This document shows positions 49,508 through 59,501 of a stretch of 64,000 nt of DNA, piece after piece. Each line of letters opens with the position of its first letter. The first letter of the stretch is position 1. The notes under the pieces are model-generated. The model was not told the DNA's origin. It was given only the letters and a program-made list of their open reading frames with translations, and did no database searches. The position numbers and the translations under genes were made by a program. Source of the stretch: Promethearchaeia archaeon (GTDB lineage: Archaea > Asgardarchaeota > Lokiarchaeia > Sigyniarchaeales > SOKP01); NCBI GenBank assembly GCA_029856155.1, contig JAHQWL010000040.1, positions 1 to 64,000 of the forward strand. Reading direction: 5' to 3'.

Positions 49508-50659
49508 TTAAAAGCCAACTATGCTCGTAGGCGTAAAATCATTATCTGAATCTACAGCAGCTCGTACATATGGTGAAACAGGCCCATTAGCTAAGACCAT
49601 TATTTTTATTTTCGATCCCATATCAGGCTTATTTTGAACGCCAAATTTTAATTGAGCGGTTTCTGGGATCTCATTTGAGATAGTTGATACAACTTTATCA
49701 ACTTTAGATAATGTTAAAGTATGATCACCAGTAACAGATACTAAACATCTATTCACTTGTGTTGGGTCTGGCTTTAAAAGAGGATTATTTAACGCTAATC
49801 TTGCTTTTTCTATTAAATCTGATTCTTCGCCTAAACATTCTGCTATTCCCACTAAGCCAGAAGGATATTTTCCATTTGGGTTTTCCAAAAGTGTTTTTTT
49901 TACATCTGCAAAATCAATGTTAACTAAACCACAATTATTAATTAAATTTACAACTTCACCAATATTTCTTATTAGTATTTCGTCCATAATCTTAAAGCCT
50001 GTTATCATAGGTATTTTTCCGACAATTCCTAGCAAATTATCGTTTGGAATTGGAATTAAGAAATCAGAATATTTAGCAAGATTTTTTAAACCTAGTTGAG
50101 CTCTTACTGATCTTTGCTTACCTTCAGAGCTAAATGGAAGTGAGCAAAAAGTAACTACAATTGCATTATTTTTTTTTGCTTCTGCTGCAATAATGGGTGC
50201 AGCTCCAGTTCCCGTACCACCACCTAATCCGCAAGTTAAAAAGATTATATCAGCATTTAAAGTTTTATTTAACCTGTCGCGGTCTTCTTCTGCTGCTTCA
50301 GCTCCAACTGAAGGGTCATTGCCTGACCCTAATCCATTACATCGTTCTTTTCCAATTAATATTTTATGCTTTGAATTTGAGTAATATAAGTCATGCGCAT
50401 CAGTATTAATATTTACTGTCTCAGCATTACTAATGCCCATATCATCTAATCTTGAAACTGTATTATTTCCAGCACCTCCTACACCAACCACGTATGTTTT
50501 AATTTTCAAAACTTTTAATAGATCTGCTAAAAATTTGTCATCATCACAATTAGGGTTTGAGTTAGGATTTTGGTTAAACTTAGCTATTTCATTGAACCTT
50601 TCTCTTACAGATGATCGAGATTTGGCTAATTCAACTAGGTCAAATATATCATCACTCAT
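49508..50659 (-). CDS. ftsZ: Cell division GTPase FtsZ
   Basis: GVGGAGNN, NTD, GLGGGTGTGAAP, PNDNL, NIDFADV. Confidence 0.93.
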   Translation of the reverse strand: MSDDIFDLVELAKSRSSVRERFNEIAKFNQNPNSNPNCDDDKFLADLLKVLKIKTYVVGVGGAGNNTVSRLDDMGISNAETVNINTDAHDLYYSNSKHKILIGKERCNGLGSGNDPSVGAEAAEEDRDRLNKTLNADIIFLTCGLGGGTGTGAAPIIAAEAKKNNAIVVTFCSLPFSSEGKQRSVRAQLGLKNLAKYSDFLIPIPNDNLLGIVGKIPMITGFKIMDEILIRNIGEVVNLINNCGLVNIDFADVKKTLLENPNGKYPSGLVGIAECLGEESDLIEKARLALNNPLLKPDPTQVNRCLVSVTGDHTLTLSKVDKVVSTISNEIPETAQLKFGVQNKPDMGSKIKIMVLANGPVSPYVRAAVDSDNDFTPTSIVGF

Positions 50660-50869
50660 CGAATATCATCAAAAAAATAATTAAATAGAAATATCTAGAT
50701 AATACAGATATATTCTAAAATAAAAAAGGGAGAAATATCTGCGTAATATAAAATAGAGAAAAGATTTATTGAGAACTAAATCATTTTTTTGGTTTGAAAA
50801 AGAAAACACATCATTGTAGAGAATAAATTTATAAGCTTAAATTATCATGAATATCAAGGGGTATAGAAT

Positions 50870-51109
50870 ATGGAAATTGATAACACTAAAGAAAGCAGCG
50901 ATAAAAACATAAGTGCATCAGAAGTTAGCGATTTAATTCAAGTAAGGGCTATAATTAGCTGTCCAAACTGTAATTATAAGAGAAAGTTTAGAAATCAATT
51001 TCCTCGAAAAGACCTTGAATTGCTTACTGTAGCAGTTAAAGTTTTTGATTGGATGACATGTAATACTTGTGGAGATCTACTTAAATTAGATTTAGAATTT
51101 AAAATTTAA
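50870..51109 (+). CDS. Small Zn-ribbon protein
   Basis: CPNC...CNTC. Confidence 0.7.
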   Translation: MEIDNTKESSDKNISASEVSDLIQVRAIISCPNCNYKRKFRNQFPRKDLELLTVAVKVFDWMTCNTCGDLLKLDLEFKI

Positions 51110-51136
51110 AATGTATTTGTAATTTTACCTTTTTAA

Positions 51137-52447
51137 TTATATCTCAAGATTAATTTCCCCGTACGTTCCTCCTCCCCCTGGAGTATAATTAATCTCGTCA
51201 TTTCTCATTGCTTTTATAATTGACGCTATATTCTCATTAAACTTTTTAATATGATTAATAGGTGTATCGATTATTATCTCAAATTCTGAACCTAACTTTT
51301 CAATAATATTATTATAAGCATTGAGTACCGTTTTACTAGTTTTACTTGTTATGTGTTTCACTGAACGTATGATATCGATTAATGGAACAGCATTAATATA
51401 ATCTGGTCTGTGATCTGGATGATTGGGTTTTTCACTAGTTGAAATCAGATCTATTCTTTCACTTACACCCAATTTTATTTTATAATTTTTACTTAATTCT
51501 TTCTTACAAGAAGGACATACTATTTTGGCCTTATTTACTTGACTAATATAATCTCGTTTAGCGATATCGGGATCATTAGTATATATAATTATAAAATTCT
51601 CTGTTATCGAATATTGGCTAAAGACGTCATTAAACGACTTTCTTGTTTTTTTAAAAAGAATTCTTCTTCTACATTTATTGCAAAACATATTATAATATTT
51701 TCCGAGTTTAGGATGCAACCCTACATTTAGTGATATTTTTCTATTATCTTTTCTTCTTATCGCTAATACTATTTCTTCAAAGGAGGGGTTATCAATATCA
51801 AATCTATTAAATTCTCGGCCTAAAGAGCGTGGTCCTTGTGAATGTGCATCGCTATTACTTAGAAAAGTTACATCTCTTAAACATTCCAATCTGTCTGCAA
51901 GATTCGTATTGGCAGATAATCCAAGTTCTATAAAATGAACTTTTTTTGTAGCATCTTGATAACAATCTGAAAGAGTTTCAAATCTATTTTGCCGAAATAT
52001 CGCTTTAAAAGGAGTAAAAGCGTGAGCAGGACCAATTAAAGCACCTTCATCTGAGATTATATCAACCAATTCTGCGGGAGGTAAATTAACCCTTGGACGT
52101 CCACCCCATTCACCCAAAATATTACTTGAATAAGGTTCTAATTTCTTTTGAATATTTCTAACCATCTCAAAATCTTCAAAAATGACAACTTCATGAACAC
52201 TTTCTTGATCTTCTATTTCAGATTGAAGAATAAAATTAACATCTTTATAATTATAGGCTCTATCTTTATTTTTTTCTAGTTTTTGTTCTAAATATTTTAA
52301 CCAATCTGGCTGTAAAACATCTCCAGTTCCTAAAATATTTAAACCTTTTTTTTTGCAGGTATCGATCATAGTATCTAAATTTAAAGATTTTGATACTCCA
52401 ATAGAATGGGGGGAATGAATGTGTAAGTCAGCATTGAAAAAATTCAT
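51137..52447 (-). CDS. PHP-domain endonuclease Q (TIGR00375-like) family protein
   Basis: ADLHIHS, GTGD, PAHAFTP, ELGLS, NSDAHS, LGRE, LGKY, Zn finger, GGGGTYG. Confidence 0.88.
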   Translation of the reverse strand: MNFFNADLHIHSPHSIGVSKSLNLDTMIDTCKKKGLNILGTGDVLQPDWLKYLEQKLEKNKDRAYNYKDVNFILQSEIEDQESVHEVVIFEDFEMVRNIQKKLEPYSSNILGEWGGRPRVNLPPAELVDIISDEGALIGPAHAFTPFKAIFRQNRFETLSDCYQDATKKVHFIELGLSANTNLADRLECLRDVTFLSNSDAHSQGPRSLGREFNRFDIDNPSFEEIVLAIRRKDNRKISLNVGLHPKLGKYYNMFCNKCRRRILFKKTRKSFNDVFSQYSITENFIIIYTNDPDIAKRDYISQVNKAKIVCPSCKKELSKNYKIKLGVSERIDLISTSEKPNHPDHRPDYINAVPLIDIIRSVKHITSKTSKTVLNAYNNIIEKLGSEFEIIIDTPINHIKKFNENIASIIKAMRNDEINYTPGGGGTYGEINLEI

Positions 52448-52519
52448 TTTTTATCCAAATTAAATAGTAGTGTTATAAATATTTTTAATTAAATTGAATT
52501 AAGAGTATTTTATTTATGA

Positions 52520-53566
52520 TTAAATAATGATCATTTTATCTTGAATTTGATCACTTAATAGAACTCTAAAATATTCTAATTCCTTCTTGAAAATTACTTT
52601 TTCTAACTTTCCTTCAACTAATACTTTTTCATTTTCTCTTGCGTGCTCACAAAAGCGACCTCTGAATGAGCTGATTTCACTAATATCTTTTATATTAATT
52701 TTGTTTGAATTATTACTAATTTCAAGAATTTTTAAAGGATTGATTTTATATGAACAAGGTGTAAAAATAGAGTCTCTTGAATCTATGATGTGTGCTTTAA
52801 GTTTAATTCTACCAAAATTTTTATATTGATAATCATAAAAATTTCCTTTCCAATCGTTGGGGCTTTTAATATATCTAATAAAAAAATCGGTATCCATATA
52901 TTTTCCCTGATGCTGTTTTCTTTGTTCACTTCTCAGAAAATCTTCAAATGGAATATTAGAACCACCTACTCTCCAATTATAATGCGATTTATATTCATCT
53001 ATATTATACTTCCGACAATTATTTGATTTCTCAAAGATTTTTACCAATTTTTCTTGAAATTTAACACTTGTTTCTGTACCATAAATTATTATGTCAATGT
53101 CAGATTCTTCAGTATTCAGTCCCACCATTATTGATCCTGTAATCCCTATTGAACCCTCAGAAAGATTTCCTTGCGAGCTAAATAATTCACATAATGTTCT
53201 AGAACGCTTTTCGCTAGTTGATAATATTTTTTTTTCTAATAGTTTTTTAAAGCAGTTTCGTGGGGTATAAATTTTTTTTATTTCTTTTTCTTTAACTCCT
53301 TGGACCTCTAAATCAAGTTCTTTAGAAAAAAAAAGATATTCTGGATATTTTTCTCTCAAAAGGGCATATCTATCTTCTAATTTGTAAATTTTTTTAAAAT
53401 TAATACCATTTTTTATCCGGGATCCCTCTGGATGAGGAAAAAATCGTAAAAAGCATATGATATAATCATTTGGATGGAGAAGACCTTTTACATCAAAAAA
53501 TAAATTATCATTTTTTGTTTCTATATAATCTCCTTCAATTCCTTTTAGAATTTTCATGAAATTCAC
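52520..53566 (-). CDS. Predicted nucleotidyltransferase (COG1665-like)
   Basis: GITGS...SDIDIIIYG. Confidence 0.8.
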   Translation of the reverse strand: MNFMKILKGIEGDYIETKNDNLFFDVKGLLHPNDYIICFLRFFPHPEGSRIKNGINFKKIYKLEDRYALLREKYPEYLFFSKELDLEVQGVKEKEIKKIYTPRNCFKKLLEKKILSTSEKRSRTLCELFSSQGNLSEGSIGITGSIMVGLNTEESDIDIIIYGTETSVKFQEKLVKIFEKSNNCRKYNIDEYKSHYNWRVGGSNIPFEDFLRSEQRKQHQGKYMDTDFFIRYIKSPNDWKGNFYDYQYKNFGRIKLKAHIIDSRDSIFTPCSYKINPLKILEISNNSNKINIKDISEISSFRGRFCEHARENEKVLVEGKLEKVIFKKELEYFRVLLSDQIQDKMIII

Positions 53567-53577
53567 AATTCAATTTA

Positions 53578-54735
53578 TTAATAACCAGAGGGAGTTTTTG
53601 TTTTAATATCTGATGGAGTCTTTGTGTTAATTGAGGGAGTTTTCTTTCTTATCTTTCTCAATTCTCTTTCAAATGCCTTTTTCTCATTTAGAAATCGTTG
53701 TTGATCTTTTTCTAATTTTTCTCTTTCACGTTTGATAATATTTTTATCACTTTCTAAGTTCGCTTTTTGCTTTTCCAGTTGTCTATATTCATTGTTTAAT
53801 CTGTTAAATTTTTCCTCTAAATTTGGAATTTTGTGATTCAAGGAGTGATATTTATTTTCTAGGGCAGGAATTTTTTTTTCTAATTCTTTTAATCTTGCTT
53901 CTTGTTGATGTCTTCTTTTTTCCAAATCATTTACATTCCTTTCTATCTTATCTTTATATTTTTTTAGATCTGCTTTTTTCTTATCAATTTCACGAGTTTT
54001 TAGGTCAATATCTTGCTTTTTATAACGAGTTTTTTCTCGTTCTTCTTTTAATTTTTTCTTTTCGTCAGAGATTCGATTTTTTTCATCACTAATCTCTCTC
54101 CTTAGACTATTAATTTCCTTATTTAAATTATCCCGATCTTTAGTTAAATCTTTGATTTCGTTTCTTAAATCCATTAACTTAGATTCTAGATCATTAATAG
54201 TTCTTTCTAAAGCATTTTCTCTTCTTTCCATACCAGGAATTTTTGTTTTTATTTCCTTTATTCGTTTTTCTGTCCGTTGTTTTTCCCATTCTAGATTCTT
54301 TTTTTGATCCCCGATATCCTCTCTCAATTTATCTAATTTTTCTTGAAATCTCTCTAATTCAGCATTTTTTTGATCTAATTCCTGATTTTTATTTCTGATT
54401 TTTTCTCTAAATTGTTGTTCTTTAGTTGTTAAATCACTATTCTGTTGTTTTATTTGATTTTTCGTTCTTTCTAACTCATCTCGTAAGTTATCTCGTTGTT
54501 CAAGGAGATATTTAATTTTAAGTTCTTTTTCTTTTCTTTTTTTCTCAAGATCTTCAACATTTTCTTTATAATTTTCAATTTGATTAATAACTTTTTCCCA
54601 TTCACTCTTTTCTTTATCTAACTTGATCCTTTCTTTTTTTAGTTTTTTAAGCAATTTTTTATCCGAAATTGTATCTAGTTTTTCATCTGGTGTTTTTTCT
54701 CGAATTTGATACTTAGGAATTGGTTCGTCGTTCAT
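53578..54735 (-). CDS. Long coiled-coil protein with C-terminal KTPS repeats
   Basis: Continuous E/K/R/L heptad-like sequence; tail KKTPSINTKTPSDIKTKTPSGY. Confidence 0.8.
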   Translation of the reverse strand: MNDEPIPKYQIREKTPDEKLDTISDKKLLKKLKKERIKLDKEKSEWEKVINQIENYKENVEDLEKKRKEKELKIKYLLEQRDNLRDELERTKNQIKQQNSDLTTKEQQFREKIRNKNQELDQKNAELERFQEKLDKLREDIGDQKKNLEWEKQRTEKRIKEIKTKIPGMERRENALERTINDLESKLMDLRNEIKDLTKDRDNLNKEINSLRREISDEKNRISDEKKKLKEEREKTRYKKQDIDLKTREIDKKKADLKKYKDKIERNVNDLEKRRHQQEARLKELEKKIPALENKYHSLNHKIPNLEEKFNRLNNEYRQLEKQKANLESDKNIIKREREKLEKDQQRFLNEKKAFERELRKIRKKTPSINTKTPSDIKTKTPSGY

Positions 54736-54935
54736 AACGGTTCAATTTTTAATATACTCTATTAATAAATTCATATGAATATTGACTCTAAAGTGTTTGC
54801 TAATCAAGACTTTAATATTAAAATTTTTAATTTTGTTGATTCTATTTATATAGCTTAATTTCTATTATTTTCATATAATCATAGCAAAAAAAGTACAAGA
54901 TTTATATTTAAAATATAATTATTGAGGTTTATTTT

Positions 54936-55361
54936 ATGGGTTTTGATAATGAATTTGATGATGAATTTGATGAACAAGAATTTGATGAAGATTTAGAAGA
55001 ATTAGAAGAAGAGTCTGAAGAAAATACAGAAGAAGATAAAGAAGAACCTTTTGAAAAGATTCCTGAGGAAGAAGTTGAAACAAAAACTCCTACTACTAAA
55101 ATTGTTTCTGGAGGGAAGAAGATTTCAGTATATTTTATGTCTACCATTGGTCCAGGTGAGAAAAAACAAAAACTAACTGTTAATGATGGAAATCTTGTCG
55201 GTGATATTAAAGAAACCGTAGCAAATTTATTTGGTTTAGATCCTGCTGACTTTCATTTATCTTGTGGTGGTATAACAATGGATGAAACTAATTCTTTAAG
55301 CTATTATACTATTTCTGATGGAGATGATATACTTTTAATTCCAGCTAGTACTGCCGGTTAA
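54936..55361 (+). CDS. Ubiquitin-like protein 1 with long acidic N-tail, C-terminus STAG
   Basis: Beta-grasp pattern V.DIK..V......L..GG..MD...L..Y.I.DGD.I.L; terminal Gly. Confidence 0.85.
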   Translation: MGFDNEFDDEFDEQEFDEDLEELEEESEENTEEDKEEPFEKIPEEEVETKTPTTKIVSGGKKISVYFMSTIGPGEKKQKLTVNDGNLVGDIKETVANLFGLDPADFHLSCGGITMDETNSLSYYTISDGDDILLIPASTAG

Positions 55362-55406
55362 ATCTTTCTTATAGAAATAAAGGGTTTTAAAATTAAGGTC
55401 GCTTTT

Positions 55407-56204
55407 TTAATTTTTCTCTTTTCGTGAGGGAATTAGAGCAATTTCATCGTCATCATCGATACTATAGTCCTTTATTTGTGAGTTCTCATCTAATAATATC
55501 CCCCCGGAAGATAAGAGAAAATCATGTTGTTCATAATCAAATAATAGTGCAATTTTCTCTTTAACTGCTCTTGCTGATTCATCTGTATCTATTATTATAA
55601 TTTTCGTTTTCTCACCCGGTTCCAATAGTGATCGTATATATACGCGAATTTGATCTTCTATTTCTATAGAACTTTTAGGAGGTGTATAAGTTATTGCACC
55701 ATTAATATTATCTCTGTTTTCCAACATATTTTCGATTAACTCTTTTCTCTCATTTGGGTCAAAATATATCATTTCTCTGATAAACAATATCTTGTCCATT
55801 TTTGATAACCCCAATAAGTTGATTTTATTTAATTCTTCCTGACTTAAGATTGAAAAAATATATTTATCAATAATTGGCATATCCTTATAGGACTCATTTG
55901 ATTCAACATAAGCTTCTATTGAGGGCAAAGCATCAATATAATCTTCAATAATAGTGAAATTGTTCTTTTGAATTGACTTTGGTTTTGCGATATACTTTTT
56001 ATCTTTTATCGTCTTGAAGGGACTACTACTTTTAGACTGTAAAACTGAATAAATTGTACTAGTGGATAAAACAGCAACACTACCAATAGTAAGAACAAGA
56101 AATAATGGCGTATTTTCTATGTGATATAGGAAAAAAAAGACATAGAACAAAATACACACAATATAAAGAGCGAAAACACTTAAAATTCTATAATTTTTTC
56201 TCAT
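55407..56204 (-). CDS. Membrane-anchored (2 TM) protein with C-terminal Ubl domain lacking terminal Gly
   Basis: C-terminal domain aligns with the two Ubls (PGEK...DF.LSSGG..LDENS...DY.IDDDDEI.LIP) but ends SRKEKN. Confidence 0.82.
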   Translation of the reverse strand: MRKNYRILSVFALYIVCILFYVFFFLYHIENTPLFLVLTIGSVAVLSTSTIYSVLQSKSSSPFKTIKDKKYIAKPKSIQKNNFTIIEDYIDALPSIEAYVESNESYKDMPIIDKYIFSILSQEELNKINLLGLSKMDKILFIREMIYFDPNERKELIENMLENRDNINGAITYTPPKSSIEIEDQIRVYIRSLLEPGEKTKIIIIDTDESARAVKEKIALLFDYEQHDFLLSSGGILLDENSQIKDYSIDDDDEIALIPSRKEKN

Positions 56205-56289
56205 GATTTTTTAATTAGATTGTTTTCTGAATTTAAAATATTTAATTTAAAATTTAAATGGGATTGGAATAAAATTGGAGTTTTTAATC

Positions 56290-56961
56290 TCATTCACCTT
56301 GAATTGATTTTCTCACATTGAAATATTTTCTAAGATCTAATTTGAATATATTCCTATTTTTTTCTTTTTCAGTTTTTATTAACTTTAAATCTATTAAAAT
56401 ATCTATATATTTTTTAATAGTGCTATGATTCTTTTTTAAACCATCTGCTATCTCTGTGATTTTTAATGCTTTATTTTCAATTCTCATAAATTCTATTATA
56501 TCTTGAACGAGATTCTTTTTCAAATAATAGTGAAACGGGTCAAGTTTTGGATTTGAATCAAATTTGAAGAACATTCTATGATTATTGATTTGTTTTGACC
56601 TAACAAATTGAAATTTTTCTAAGCATGATAAATGCCATAAAGCTTGATTACTGCCAATTTTTAGAACCTTCATTATTTCATTAATATTTGATGGATTTTT
56701 TTTTATAAAATTGAAGATTTCATTTCTTATAGGGTGTTCTATAATATTATTTTTCATTAATTTTGTTCCAGGGATAATAATACGCCGTTTAATTAAATCC
56801 TTTAAAACTAACTCGATTCTATTCTCGTTTATATTAGGGTTGTATCGTACTCTATTATTTATAAAGGAGATAATTTCTCTAATTGAAAAGAAGGTTTTCT
56901 TTTTTAAATACTCCCTTACTAATTCAAGAACAACAGATTCCGTATTATCCAGATGATTCAT
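56290..56961 (-). CDS. Multi-winged-helix transcriptional regulator
   Basis: RNEIFNFIKKNP...WHLSCLEK and ITEIADGLKKNHSTIKKYI HTH motifs. Confidence 0.8.
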   Translation of the reverse strand: MNHLDNTESVVLELVREYLKKKTFFSIREIISFINNRVRYNPNINENRIELVLKDLIKRRIIIPGTKLMKNNIIEHPIRNEIFNFIKKNPSNINEIMKVLKIGSNQALWHLSCLEKFQFVRSKQINNHRMFFKFDSNPKLDPFHYYLKKNLVQDIIEFMRIENKALKITEIADGLKKNHSTIKKYIDILIDLKLIKTEKEKNRNIFKLDLRKYFNVRKSIQGE

Positions 56962-57229
56962 AAGTCTTTACTTTTATTCCGTCAATTGATCCGGTTTTTA
57001 TAATTATATACTCTCTCTACAACAACTTTTCATAATTCATATATATATTGATAGGGTTTCATACAATTTATAATATAATTTCTTAAGAATTCTAATTTTC
57101 ACCTTTTTATTTTTGATAAGAACTTGAATACTTCAAAATCATTCCAAAGGGTTTTATAATATCTTTTTAACGCCATTTTATTAAGACTAATAAAAATTTA
57201 AAAATTAAAAATAAATGGAAGTGATATGA

Positions 57230-57562
57230 ATGAGTTTTGATGAATTTGATGAAGATTTAGGAGGAAATGAACCTGTAAAGTCTAAAACTCCTGCTAGTAA
57301 AACTCCCGCTGCAGGAAAGAAATTGACTTTATACTTTATGTCAACAATTGGTCCTGGCGAAAAGAAGGAAAAATTAACTGTAAATGACAGTAATCAAGTA
57401 AGAGACATTAAACAAACATTAGGAAATTTATATGGTCTTGATCCTAATGATTTCCATATTTCTAGTGGAGGGGTGACTATGGATGAAAATAGTTCCCTAA
57501 GCGACTATGATGTAAATGATGGTGACGATATTCTATTAATTCCCGCCAGTACAGCTGGTTAG
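57230..57562 (+). CDS. Ubiquitin-like protein 2, C-terminus STAG
   Basis: Close paralogue of 54936; directly upstream of E1. Confidence 0.87.
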   Translation: MSFDEFDEDLGGNEPVKSKTPASKTPAAGKKLTLYFMSTIGPGEKKEKLTVNDSNQVRDIKQTLGNLYGLDPNDFHISSGGVTMDENSSLSDYDVNDGDDILLIPASTAG

Positions 57563-57646
57563 ACTTATAAAACTTTCTTCATAAAATATAATATAAGTTA
57601 AGGGCATTTAGCCCTTCAATTTTTTTTATTTTTTTTGTAAAACTTA

Positions 57647-58906
57647 ATGGTGATAATATTGGATAAGGATACAGATTTTTTCGCAAAAGAATTGTCAGTG
57701 GAAGAGAGAGACCTTTATGACCGCCAATTTCGTTTGGAGGGATGGTCCCAGAAATTGGTAAAGAATTCAAGAGTTCTTATAGTTGGGGTTGGAGGTTTAG
57801 GTTGTGAAATTGCTAAAAACTTAGCTATGCTCGGTGTTGGTCACCTTGATCTTATTGATTTAGACATTATTGAACATTCTAATTTAAACCGTCAAGTTCT
57901 TTTTACGGGAGCAAAGATAGGAGAACCTAAGGCAGTTGTTGCAGCTCGAAAGTTGAAAGAAATTAATCCTAACATTATTGTTAAGGGATACCATACCTCT
58001 CTAGAACGTTTGAATCCCACACTATACCAAGCTGCGGATGTTGTTATTGGAGGTCTTGATTCAATGAATGCACGTCTAAATTTAAATGCACAATGTATAA
58101 GATTTAGAAAGCCATTAGTAGATGGAGGAGTATCTGGTTATTATGGTCATGTATACACAGTTTTTCCGTATAAAAATGCTTGTTATGAATGCAATCCATT
58201 GCCAGTAGGGGAAACTGATGAAATGGCTGCTTGTACCGTAGTTGGTATCCCTCGAAAAAGGATCCATTGTGTTTTTAAAGGAGATATGGCATTTAGAGAA
58301 AAATTTGATAGAGATCCAAATCCAAAAAATGTAAATGATATTAAATTCATTCAAAAGGTTGCAAATGAACTAGTAACCAAGTATGATTTCTTTCCTGAAT
58401 ATACTAAGGATGATATTGTGAAAATCATTGATAGACACGATCCTGGTATAATAACTATAAATGCTGTTATTTCTGCATTACAATCACATGAAACCACTAA
58501 AATTCTTCATTGGAAAAAAGGTCATAAAGGATTAGGTGAACCTATTAGAAATTATGTGATCTATAATGCAATTACAATGAAATTTTATCATATTGAAAAA
58601 AAAAGAAATCCAGAATGTTCTCAATGTGGTAAACAGGTTCGTCGAATATCTATAAAATTGAGATCTCAATCACCTTGTATAAATATAATTAAAATATTGG
58701 AGAAAAACGGATTTAAATTAGATCCAGATTCTGAACCGATACTAACTTTACTGGATTTCAATGATATTATGGTAATTGATTTAGAAAAGAATCCAATTGA
58801 AAATCGTCTAAGAAATTACGAATTTATGACGGCAGCAGGGTTTAAAGGTGGAGAAATTTTTGTAACCTTAAAAATAAAACAAAATTTGAATCAGAAAAAG
58901 GTTTAA
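57647..58906 (+). CDS. Ubl-activating enzyme E1 (UBA3/UBA2-like)
   Basis: YDRQ, GVGGLGCE, SNLNRQ, CYEC, catalytic ACTVVGIPRKRIHC, CSQC. Confidence 0.92.
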   Translation: MVIILDKDTDFFAKELSVEERDLYDRQFRLEGWSQKLVKNSRVLIVGVGGLGCEIAKNLAMLGVGHLDLIDLDIIEHSNLNRQVLFTGAKIGEPKAVVAARKLKEINPNIIVKGYHTSLERLNPTLYQAADVVIGGLDSMNARLNLNAQCIRFRKPLVDGGVSGYYGHVYTVFPYKNACYECNPLPVGETDEMAACTVVGIPRKRIHCVFKGDMAFREKFDRDPNPKNVNDIKFIQKVANELVTKYDFFPEYTKDDIVKIIDRHDPGIITINAVISALQSHETTKILHWKKGHKGLGEPIRNYVIYNAITMKFYHIEKKRNPECSQCGKQVRRISIKLRSQSPCINIIKILEKNGFKLDPDSEPILTLLDFNDIMVIDLEKNPIENRLRNYEFMTAAGFKGGEIFVTLKIKQNLNQKKV

Positions 58907-58973
58907 AATTAATATTATAAGAAAAAAACAATTATAAAATAAAAAATTAAAGATAATAATAAGGGTTGAGAAA

Positions 58974-59501
58974 ATGAGTATAAGAAGTAGTCGTATTTCC
59001 CGAGATTTTGCGGGATTAAAGAAAATGCTGAAAGAGGGTAGTCTTGTTCAATTAAACCCATTTAATCCTAAAAGGAAGAGTATTGATCATTTAGCAATTT
59101 CATTTAAAGGACCTAAAGGTACTGTTTATGCAGGTGGTCTTTTTAGGCTAGAATTGAAATTCCCAGCTCAATATCCTAATCAACCTCCTTTTGTTAGATT
59201 TCATACTCCAATTTGGCATCCAAATTTTTGGCCAAAACCATCTGAATATAAAGGACAAAGAAATATTTGTCTAGCGTTAGTAGATCCATCGTTTATAGGT
59301 AAAAAAGGGGGATGGAGTCCTTCAAAAACAGCTGTTACGGTTGTTCAAGCGATAATTGCTATGTTAAATACACGCGGTAAATATGTAAATCCTACTGATG
59401 TTTTCAATAAAAAAGCAGCAATTGAAATGATGAAAAATCCCAAATTTTTCGAGAAAAAAGTAAAAAATCTTGTTAAGAAGTATGCAAACAAAAAATGGTG
59501 A
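58974..59501 (+). CDS. Ubl-conjugating enzyme E2
   Basis: GPKGTVYAGG, FP.QYP..PP, IWHPN...ICL...WSP. Confidence 0.92.
   Translation: MSIRSSRISRDFAGLKKMLKEGSLVQLNPFNPKRKSIDHLAISFKGPKGTVYAGGLFRLELKFPAQYPNQPPFVRFHTPIWHPNFWPKPSEYKGQRNICLALVDPSFIGKKGGWSPSKTAVTVVQAIIAMLNTRGKYVNPTDVFNKKAAIEMMKNPKFFEKKVKNLVKKYANKKW

Noticed and set aside
53578-54735. SMC/Rad50 or ESCRT-III assignment for the coiled-coil protein
   Set aside because: No Walker motifs or hinge; too long and uniform for a Snf7 domain
57230-58906. Interpretation as a MoaD/ThiS-MoeB sulfur-transfer pair
   Set aside because: Adjacent E2, JAMM and RING genes and the UBA3-like catalytic Cys domain favour protein conjugation; no thiamine or Moco synthesis genes adjacent
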